Origin: Bacteroidales bacterium UBA5536
GTDB taxonomy: Bacteria > Bacteroidota > Bacteroidia > Bacteroidales > F082
Assembly (NCBI GenBank): GCA_002426795.1
Contig: DINQ01000011.1
Coordinates: 41,525 to 105,524 of the forward strand
DNA: 64,000 nucleotides
Direction: 5' to 3'
Part shown: positions 1 through 8,000 of the stretch, one piece after another
How the letters are laid out: each line of letters starts with the position of its first letter
How positions within the stretch are numbered: the stretch's first letter is position 1
Notes under the pieces: model-generated
The model's input: the letters and a program-made list of their open reading frames with translations, nothing else
What the model was told of the DNA's origin: nothing
Databases searched by the model: none
Made by a program: the position numbers and the translations under genes

Positions 1-5
1 AATCG

Positions 6-353
6 ATGGAAATACTCAAGAAAACCACGGAAGCTGTTGTGCCATCAACAACATCCAAACCACAGCCATTGAATCAGACTGTGGCAAAACGTAAGTCACT
101 TTTAGTAATCATGAGCAAAACTGGCCTTTGTGAGATCTATATCGACGGGGAAGAGAAGGCCAATATTGGCGTAACCCCTATTGACGGACTGGGAAAAGCA
201 GAGATTGAGCTTGACGCAGGCAATTACCTGCTGATGATTGATGGTTTTGGTGTTTGGTTCGAAAACACCATTGAGGTGGGGAATGGCGAAATCATCAAAA
301 TGAGGGCCGAACCAGATGAAGTGAAAATATTGGGCAGAAGCGAGCGGCAGTAA
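6..353 (+). CDS. hypothetical protein, PEGA-like beta-sandwich region; possibly 5'-truncated by the window edge
   Basis: 115-aa ORF. The frame stays open upstream to the window edge. The segment IYIDGEEKANIGVTPIDGL...LDAGNYLLMIDG resembles PEGA-type domains. Confidence 0.4.
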   Translation: MEILKKTTEAVVPSTTSKPQPLNQTVAKRKSLLVIMSKTGLCEIYIDGEEKANIGVTPIDGLGKAEIELDAGNYLLMIDGFGVWFENTIEVGNGEIIKMRAEPDEVKILGRSERQ

Positions 354-622
354 GCAATTACAGACGCATTTATTCGCTAAAGCTTTGCGGTAAGTTTTCT
401 GGTCATTTTGGATTAATCACTAATGCTTTGTATGCAATTGACCAAGAACGCTAAGCTTGTTTTGGTCCCGAGGTGGCAATAAAAACTCAAAGCACGCAAA
501 TTGACACTTGCCAGAACACATAATTGCAAAATAAACTCACTACCTGAATTTGGTTTCTGTATACCTCCGTTTGACAATCGGTTGAAGTAGCTTGAAGCAG
601 AAAAACCTAATTTTCTGGTAAA

Positions 623-630
623 TACATTTG
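623..630 (+). promoter_or_regulatory. candidate Bacteroidota -7 promoter box (TACATTTG)
   Basis: Exact match to TAnnTTTG, about 55 nt upstream of the ATG at 686. No clear -33 TTTG was found. Confidence 0.3.
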
Positions 631-685
631 ATAAAGCGGTATTCTTTCATTTAATTTGCTCAATTGATCACTTTAATGCAACGTG

Positions 686-1762
686 ATGAAAAAATTATTA
701 CCCTACCTCATTGTTTGTCTGTTCGTTTTAAGCCTTGTTTTTTCCTGTAGCAAATCCAATGACAAGACACTCATTATCAACGATACGATTTATTTAAACG
801 ACACCATTTATCTTCGTGATACCATTCAGAACTTTGATACCCTTTTTATTTTCGACACCATCATTCACACAGATACGCTGGTCATGATTGATACCATCAT
901 TGTTCATGACACTTCTGAGTTTTCTTATCTGTTTAAGCATTACGAACTTGAATCATACGATGTGCTGTTTTATACCATCGACCAACAGAAAAGTCCCCGC
1001 AAAATCTGTAAAATGAAAAGTGATGCGCATCATATCGACATTCTGGACGACGGCAATAAGATGTATCCGGTTTGGTCACCCGAAGAAGACCATATATTTT
1101 ACGTTGATTTTGACAATTTGTCGATTGCCAAACGGAACCTGTTGGGCGGAGAAGTGGAACACATTTATCAAATTGACAGACCCATCTTGTTTTTACGTTA
1201 TTTTCCTGCACAGGATCTGTTTTTAGTGAGCTACGAGGCTTGGTCCGGAAACAATCAAATTGGTGCCATCGATTACCACAACAATCAGTTTTACGAACTC
1301 AGTTCAATCGATGCCGATGAATATAACCCTACATGTAGCGAAGTGGACGACTGGATTTATTTTTCGAGGACAAACCACGGTACAGCAGATATCTTCAGAA
1401 GAAAAATGGACGGAAACTCTGAAGAGGAAGTTTATATCGACCCGGAATTTAACCTGTCAACTTTTAGCGTAAGTGCAGATGGTAAGTTTTTAATAACCCC
1501 TAAATACATCAATGGAAAAGGCTATATAGTTTTTTACGATATCAACCGTCATCGTATTATTCATGAGTTGGATCTGCCCGTCGAAGGTCATCCAATGTAC
1601 GCCTCTCTATCAAAAGACAACAGAGCGATTTTCTTTGTAAACGGAACGCCCTACAATTATACCAAACCAAGAAATATTTACCGGATGGGCCTCGACAAAA
1701 CACAATTATTCCAAATGACCAGTTTTACTGATCAGTTGGCCAGTAGGCCTTTGGTAAAATAA
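686..1762 (+). CDS. lipoprotein with N-terminal DT-hexapeptide repeats and a TolB/PD40-like beta-propeller region
   Basis: Signal peptide plus lipobox (LVFSCSK). Seven and a half DTxxxx hexapeptide units follow. The C-terminal part has PD40-like strands (WSPEEDHIFY, SADGKFLI, SKDNRAIFF). The ATG at 686 is preferred over the GTG at 683. Confidence 0.6.
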   Translation: MKKLLPYLIVCLFVLSLVFSCSKSNDKTLIINDTIYLNDTIYLRDTIQNFDTLFIFDTIIHTDTLVMIDTIIVHDTSEFSYLFKHYELESYDVLFYTIDQQKSPRKICKMKSDAHHIDILDDGNKMYPVWSPEEDHIFYVDFDNLSIAKRNLLGGEVEHIYQIDRPILFLRYFPAQDLFLVSYEAWSGNNQIGAIDYHNNQFYELSSIDADEYNPTCSEVDDWIYFSRTNHGTADIFRRKMDGNSEEEVYIDPEFNLSTFSVSADGKFLITPKYINGKGYIVFYDINRHRIIHELDLPVEGHPMYASLSKDNRAIFFVNGTPYNYTKPRNIYRMGLDKTQLFQMTSFTDQLASRPLVK

Positions 1763-2123
1763 CACTCAGAAGAACTGATTTCGTGTCAATTAAAATAAGA
1801 TTAGCCGCAGAAAACAACAGGCACACTCAATAATTTTCTTCTTGTTCGATCTCATGCAAAATCATCAGTATTTGCACCGATAGTCGTATTGTTTAAGCTG
1901 GGTTAATATCTGTTAGCGGCCAATTCTACTCAGCTTCTCTCATATGCTTCCATGTCGAAAAATACAGAGCAGAGCATCAGTGTTTTGCCTGCACAGAAGC
2001 CAGCGATTGAATCGAGAAAGATTGAAACACATAGCTAAATTGAACGATGGATAAGCTTCATTTCAGGCAGCCATCAGCTACTGTTACTTAGTAAGTTTTT
2101 AAGTCCCTCGCGTAAAAAATATG

Positions 2124-2131
2124 TAGGTTTG
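2124..2131 (+). promoter_or_regulatory. candidate -7 promoter box (TAGGTTTG) for lnt
   Basis: Exact TAnnTTTG match ending 20 nt upstream of the lnt ATG. Confidence 0.3.
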
Positions 2132-2150
2132 CCGGCACAAGCTGTCATTT

Positions 2151-3767
2151 ATGAAACGAATTCATCTTTTAACGCTGTCGGTCCTGAGTGGCTTACTGTT
2201 GAGTGCCGCCTGGCCGGTACATGGCATCACTGCACTCATCTTTGTGGCTTTTGTGCCCTTGTTTTTTGTGCAGGAATACCTCGGAAACAACCGCGATGCA
2301 TTGGGTAAAGGACATCTGTTCCTTTACGCCTTTGTCACTTTTCTCATCTGGAACAGCCTCACCACATACTGGATATGGAACTCCACACCCGGGGGCGGCG
2401 TGGCTGCCATCGGGCTCAACAGCATCTTCATGGCCTCCGTTTTCTGGATGTACCACTACTCAAAGACGCGCCTCTACGACAACAAAAAGGGGAGCATCAT
2501 CATCGTGTTTTTCTGGCTCAGCTTTGAGCTGCTGCACCAGCACTGGGATCTCAACTGGCCCTGGCTGGCACTGGGTCATGCCTTTTCGCCCAAGAACCAC
2601 TGGATACAGTGGTACGAATTTACAGGCGTTCCGGGCGGCACGGTCTGGGTGCTGCTAATGAATCTGCTGGCCTTTCAGGTGGTGAAAGCCCTGCTCAACT
2701 TCAAAACGCAATCGAAACGCTTTTCACTGGCGCTTGTAGCGGCTGTGGTGCTCTGGATGGCACCCGTACTTTTTGGCGAGTACCTCTACCGCAACTACAT
2801 CGAAACAGGCGAGCAGGCCGAAGTGATCGTGGTGCAACCCAATTTCGATCCGTATACCGAACAATATGAACTATCGCCCGCTGTGGTGATCGAGCGTAAC
2901 CTGACGCTGGCTGCAAGCCTCATGAACCGCAAAGTTGATTTTGTGGTCTGTCCCGAATCAGCCATTCAGGAAAGCATCTGGCTGCCCCGCAAGGAAGAAT
3001 CTCCTTCACTCAACGAAATAAAAGCCTTTGTACATCAACATCCCGAAACGGCTGTCGTGATTGGCGCCAGCACCTTTGGCCCCGTGCCCGAAGGCAGCGA
3101 AAACGACCATGCAGCCCGCAAATACGCCAAAACTGAAGGCTATTATTATGCCTATAACACGGCATTTATGATCGACACCAGCAACCAACTGCCTTTTTAC
3201 CACAAATCGAAACTGACACCCGGGGTTGAGATGATGCCCTCCTGGTTCTTCCTGCGGCCGCTCAGCAGGTTGGCCATCGACCTGGGCGGCACAGTAGGCA
3301 CCCTGAAGATTGACGATGAACGTCGCGTTTTTGTGCATCCCAACGGGAAGTTCCGCGTTGGGCCCATGATTTGCTATGAATCGGTTTATGGTGAGTTTGT
3401 ATCGGGCTTTGTGCGCAACGGCGCCAACCTGCTCTTTATCATCACCAACGACGGCTGGTGGGGCAACACGCCCGGGCACCGCCAGCACATGGATTTTGCC
3501 ATCCTGCGTGCCATCGAAACAAGGCGCAGCATAGCCCGCTCTGCCAACACGGGTATCTCCGCTTTTGTGGATCAGCGCGGTGATGTTTTTCAGAAGACAC
3601 CCTATTGGGAACAGGCTGTTATCCGGCAGGCGATCACCACCAACGACCGCCTCACCTTTTATGTACGCTACGGCGACTATCTGTCGCGTACCTCAGTGTT
3701 TATTGCTGCCATCTTTTTACTGACCGCTTTCGCCAGGAGCAGAATGCGCTTTGGGGTAGGAAGATAG
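2151..3767 (+). CDS. lnt: apolipoprotein N-acyltransferase
   Basis: 538 aa. Multi-pass hydrophobic N-terminus followed by a CN-hydrolase domain with the E/K/C triad context (VCPESA, YHKSKLTPGVE, MICYESVYG) and NDGWWG. Confidence 0.9.
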   Translation: MKRIHLLTLSVLSGLLLSAAWPVHGITALIFVAFVPLFFVQEYLGNNRDALGKGHLFLYAFVTFLIWNSLTTYWIWNSTPGGGVAAIGLNSIFMASVFWMYHYSKTRLYDNKKGSIIIVFFWLSFELLHQHWDLNWPWLALGHAFSPKNHWIQWYEFTGVPGGTVWVLLMNLLAFQVVKALLNFKTQSKRFSLALVAAVVLWMAPVLFGEYLYRNYIETGEQAEVIVVQPNFDPYTEQYELSPAVVIERNLTLAASLMNRKVDFVVCPESAIQESIWLPRKEESPSLNEIKAFVHQHPETAVVIGASTFGPVPEGSENDHAARKYAKTEGYYYAYNTAFMIDTSNQLPFYHKSKLTPGVEMMPSWFFLRPLSRLAIDLGGTVGTLKIDDERRVFVHPNGKFRVGPMICYESVYGEFVSGFVRNGANLLFIITNDGWWGNTPGHRQHMDFAILRAIETRRSIARSANTGISAFVDQRGDVFQKTPYWEQAVIRQAITTNDRLTFYVRYGDYLSRTSVFIAAIFLLTAFARSRMRFGVGR

Positions 3768-4234
3768 AAGTCCGATGCCGATAGTTATCGGCAGGAGACC
3801 GGAGACGGAAGATGCACGAACAGTCATTATACCCGATGCCTGCTATTGACCCGACACTTTGGGAAGGCTCCCGAAGGCAAAGGGTAAGATAATAATTAAA
3901 ATGTGGCTTCGAGGGCCTCAGCCACCGAGTGTTGCGATGCCTGAGGCTCCCGAAGGCAGAGGAAAAAAGATGTCTGTTGCCGGAAGTCTTTAGCCAGCAT
4001 GGATAATTTGTCAAAGTCTACGGAACCCCTTATATCCCGCACACAGGAAGTCTAACACTGCTATTTCCATATGGTGCTTTATCAAAGGCATATGGTGCTT
4101 TGTTAAAGACAATTGATGTAGAAACTGTTTTATTTGCTGCGTCCGTTTTGAAACACGCCACCTGCCCGCCGACAATTGACCACAAATCCAATTCATATAA
4201 GGTCAGGTTTTTGCCGGGTGCTGTCTCTCCTGTT

Positions 4235-4549
4235 TCATATACAGGCTTGCAGAAGTCATATGAAGCCTCCGCAAACACGTATGGAGTCTCCGCAAACTCA
4301 TATGAGACGTTTCCATTTCCATAATTGGGAATTCCTATGTCGTATTGTGCGTCCGCCATGTCGTATTGTGCGACCCCCATCTCGTATTTTACGTCCCCCA
4401 TCTCGTATTGTGCGTCCGCCATGTCGTATTGTGCGTCCCCCAACTCGTATTGTGCGTCCCCCATCTCGTATTGCGCGTACCCCATGTCGTATGAAGCGAT
4501 TTCAAAGCCGTATGCTGCTTCCGCAAAGTCATATTTCCCATTTCCATGG
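4235..4549. repeat. 21-bp tandem repeat, about 15 phase-locked units (core of 7 near-identical units at 4340-4486, unit TCGTATTGTGCGTCCCCCATC)
   Basis: Unit starts read at 4235, 4256, 4277, 4298, 4319, 4340, 4361, 4382, 4403, 4424, 4445, 4466, 4487, 4508 and 4529. Two more in-phase copies (CATATGGTGCTTT) sit at 4068 and 4089. ORFs are open in three frames on both strands across it (4030..4485 on the minus strand; 4176..4553 and 4325..4612 on the plus strand). Confidence 0.85.
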
Positions 4550-4983
4550 ATAAAATCTGGAAAATTCCCAACCTGGGAAGGTTTGGCTAACCTGCCAGAA
4601 AGGAAGGAATGATGAATCGATAGGTGGTTCTCGTCATAATCAGAAGTACAACACCTTTCTTGAACTACTATTTAAACACCACATAAAAAGTGTTGAAATA
4701 TTTTTGCAAAAGCAAAAATATTTTTATTTTTAGGGCATGGAAAAACCAGCGCCCGCTGGTAGCTATCGCCTGTTCTGGGCATGGCGGGGTAAAGGGAAAA
4801 AAAATGAATACCGCTTGCGGTAGGAAATAGTGGTTTCTGTTATTGGAGTGTATTAAACATGCGACTCTGAAACGAATTTGAACTTTTATATGAAAACAAC
4901 TTTACTCAATTTGAAAAAAACACAGAAGAAATGTGATCGAATCTTAATTGGAACACAGGAAAGCGCAAAAATTAATCAGCTAT

Positions 4984-5008
4984 AAAAAAACTCCCACCGA
5001 AGCGGGAG
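4984..5008 (-). terminator. intrinsic terminator of the tracrRNA candidate
   Basis: Minus strand CTCCCGC-TTCG-GTGGGAG (7-bp stem with one G-U pair, UUCG tetraloop), followed by seven T residues. Confidence 0.75.
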
Positions 5009-5057
5009 TATAGGAATAATATCCTTCGGCATATAGCCTTGTTGTGATAAGATTAGG
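4984..5057 (-). ncRNA. tracrRNA candidate (about 74 nt)
   Basis: The minus strand reads CCUAAUCUUAUCACAAC AAGGCUAUAUGCC GAAGGAUAUUAUUCCUAUA CUCCCGCUUCGGUGGGAG UUUUUUU. The first 17 nt are complementary to repeat positions 1-17 except for a central 2-nt U/U mismatch. A nexus-like AAGGC..GCC hairpin, a second hairpin and an intrinsic terminator follow. The 5' end is inferred from the promoter at 5061-5091. Confidence 0.7.
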
Positions 5058-5060
5058 TTG

Positions 5061-5091
5061 CAAACATAAACATTGACATCAATAAAACAAA
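5061..5091 (-). promoter_or_regulatory. Bacteroidota-type promoter for tracrRNA (TTTG-N19-TATGTTTG)
   Basis: On the minus strand, TTTG lies at 5091-5088, then a 19-nt spacer, then TATGTTTG at 5068-5061. This matches the -33 TTTG / -7 TAnnTTTG consensus and spacing. The predicted start falls at about 5053-5057, the first bases of the anti-repeat. Confidence 0.55.
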
Positions 5092-5096
5092 ATAAA

Positions 5097-8000
5097 ATGG
5101 CAAAAAAAGTTTTAGGCCTTGATTTGGGCACCAACAGCATAGGTTGGGCAATCGTTGATAAAGAAAATCAAAAGATCTTGGATGCAGGAGTCCGGATATT
5201 CCAGGAAGGAGTAAAAAAAGATACGATAGGAAAAGGAGACAAGGAAGAAAGTAAAAACTCCGAACGCAGACAGCATCGTCAGGCACGCAGACTCAATTTT
5301 AGAAAACGAATTCGCAAAGCACATTTACTTAAACTCCTGATCGATAATCAAATGGTTCCTCTAACTATCGAGGAATTAAACAAATGGCGGTATTGGAACA
5401 AGAATGAAAAAAGTAGCGGCAAAATATTTCCACATTCAGAAGCTTTTGTCAATTGGCTAAGAATGAATCCATATCTGCTAAGAAAAAAAGGCTTGCATGA
5501 GGATTTAACCCTATTCGAGTTCGGCAGAATACTCTACCATTTTATCCAAAGGAGAGGCTTTATGTCCAATCGAAAGGGAAAAGCAAAAGATACTGGGGTG
5601 ATATATAAGGGAAAAGAGAACATGGATGGTGTTGACGAAACACGTGAGTTGTTGCAAAACAGAACCCTTGGTGAAGCTTTATTTGAAATACATCCAAAAG
5701 AAGGAGAGGCGTTTTTTATTCGAAAAGATATTAAAGGTAAAGAAGTAAGAGTAAGAGCCAGGTATACTTTGCGAGAAATGTATGTGGATGAATTTGATCG
5801 GTTATGGGAAAAGCAGTCTGCTCGACTAGGCCTTACTGATAAGATGGTGAGTATAAGAAGGAAGGTTTTCTTGAAAGGTACAATTAATCAAAAGAGAAAC
5901 CAGAATAAGCTCAATCATTTGATTGACAGATACGGAAAAGGAAATGTCATAGTCTATGATGATTCCATTGGCGTTTTGGAAAAGAAACCTTTAAAAGAGG
6001 TTTTGGCAGGAAAAATAGAATCAACTGAAGAAGGTGTGCGATTCAAAAGCAACGAGAGTGTGCTTTTTTGGCAGCGCCCTCTGCGTTCGCAAAAATCTTT
6101 ACTAAGTAAGTGCAGCTTCGAAAGCCAAAAGATTTTTGACAAGAAACTTGACAAGTGGATTGTTATTGGCAAAAGCCCTGCCTATACATCACATCCAGAT
6201 TTCGAGTTGTTTAGAGCCCATCAATTCATCAACAACATCAAAATTGGGAAAGCTAACCATTTGCTCAACGATGAACAAAGAGCAGATGTCCTTGACCTGA
6301 TTAATTCTAAGGATAAGGCGTTTGAATTCAAGGTGATTAAAAAAGCACTGAAATTACCACATGAGTTTTTTAATTACGAGGATGATTTTAAGGTTGCCGG
6401 CAATAAAACGCATGCCAGTGTTGCATCTGTATTCAGTAAAAAAGATTGGGAAGAAATTAAGGAGGAGATATGGCACGACCTGGTTTTTTATGAAGACAGT
6501 GATTTGCTTTCAGCAAAGTTGATGAGACGGTATCATCTTGATGAGCAATCAGCAAATAAGCTATCGAAAATCGAGTTAGAAGAGGGTTATGCAAGTTTAT
6601 CGTTAAAGGCAATTAGAAACATACTGCCTTTTCTTGAGATGGGTTATCGGTACTCTACAGCTGTTATTCTGGGCGGTGTAAAAAATTCATTTGGCGAGCG
6701 GTGGGAAAGGTTTAGTATTGTACATGACGAAATAATACGAGATGTTGTACGCATAACGGAAAACGAAAAACACAAAGAATTTGAGCTGGTTGAGCAGGTG
6801 AAATTGTATTTGTCTGATCCTGAAAACAAATATGGATTTAACAAAGATGACAAAGCATTTAGCAAACTCTATCATCCCTCTCAGGCTATTGAAAAGAAAG
6901 CACTTAAAACACGCTTATCTGAAATCGAAAATCTGCGAAATCCGATTGTTCAAAAGGCATTGTATGAAATGCGGAGACTAATCAATTCCTTGCTCGACCG
7001 CTATGAAGAACCCAATGGTGATGGGTTTAGATTTGATCGTATTCAGGTCGAATTTGGACGCGAGTTGAAAAACAACAAAAAACGAAGACAGGAAATGTCG
7101 ATTCGAAACCGAGAGAATGAAAATAAAAATGCATTGGCAAGGGAACGACTATCAGAATATGGGTTGCGCCCCAGCAGAAACAACATCACAAAATACTTGC
7201 TATATCAGGAAATAGAGCAAAAAAATGGAATTGTGCAATGTCCTTATACTGGACGAACAATTAGTATCAGTGACTTGCTGGGCAATGAAAACCGTTACCA
7301 GATCGAGCACATTGTACCACTTAGTGTTTCATTAGACGACAGCTATGGAAATAAAACTCTTTGCGAATCGAATTTTAACCGTGAAAAAGGGGAATTGACC
7401 CCCTATGAATTCTATCAACGCAATAGTTCGCGTGAACTGTGGGCCGCAAGCAGCTGGGAAGAAGTTGAACAACGAGCCTATAAATTACTGCCATATAGCA
7501 AAGCCAAGCGGTTTACGATGATGAAAAAACCAGGTGCAGACGATTTTATCCAGCGTCAGCTGAACGACACTCGCTATATCAGTAAAAAAGCAGCTGAAAT
7601 GCTTAGTGAAATATGTGATGATGTGAGGGTGTTGCCAGGGCAGCTCACTGCTGAGTTAAGACGGCTATGGGGGCTAAACCATTTGCTGCGTGATCCATTG
7701 CTAAAATCAAAAAATATAACAGTATCAACTGATGGCGAACTGGAGCATTTTGTGGTTTTTGACGAAAATGGTCAGGTAAAACAACTTTTACCTGCACAAA
7801 ACCAAAAACCCTCCAGTGGTTTTCCTGTGCTTTGCATGCCAGGTTATATAGATAAGAATGGGTTGTTTTCAGAAGAAAAGCGCTATAAGCAGCTTCGATT
7901 TGAACAAAACAAAACGGGATTTAAAGAGGGTAAATATTGGGCAAAAACGGAACTTAGCAATCCGCTTGATTTTACATTGATATTCACTGCGCGGCCTCCT

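Noticed and set aside
241-265. GGTTCGAA-like string as a possible tRNA T-arm
   Set aside because: It lies inside a coding ORF with no surrounding cloverleaf. I saw no tRNA or rRNA signatures anywhere in the window.
3700-4014. 104-aa ORF on the minus strand overlapping the lnt 3' end
   Set aside because: It overlaps a well-supported gene and has low-complexity, unrecognisable sequence.
4030-4612. ORFs 4030..4485 (minus strand), 4176..4553 (plus) and 4325..4612 (plus) as protein-coding genes
   Set aside because: All lie in the 21-bp tandem repeat, which keeps multiple frames open. The repeat runs past the start of the longest ORF without an upstream start codon. I have kept this as a repeat finding rather than a CDS.
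4738-4824. 28-codon ORF MEKPAPAGSYRLFWAWRGKGKKNEYRLR in the lnt-cas9 gap
   Set aside because: It is very short and basic, with no membrane or motif features and no supporting signals.
4931-4956. AATGTGATCGAATCTTAATTGGAACA as a second anti-repeat or scaRNA-like element
   Set aside because: Only TGTGAT plus scattered bases match the repeat. There is no adjacent hairpin, terminator or promoter.
5073-5096. TTG start at 5073 for cas9 (MTSIKQNK extension)
   Set aside because: The canonical Cas9 N-terminus MAKKVLGLDLGTNSIGW starts at the ATG at 5097. The extension would also overlap the tracrRNA promoter.
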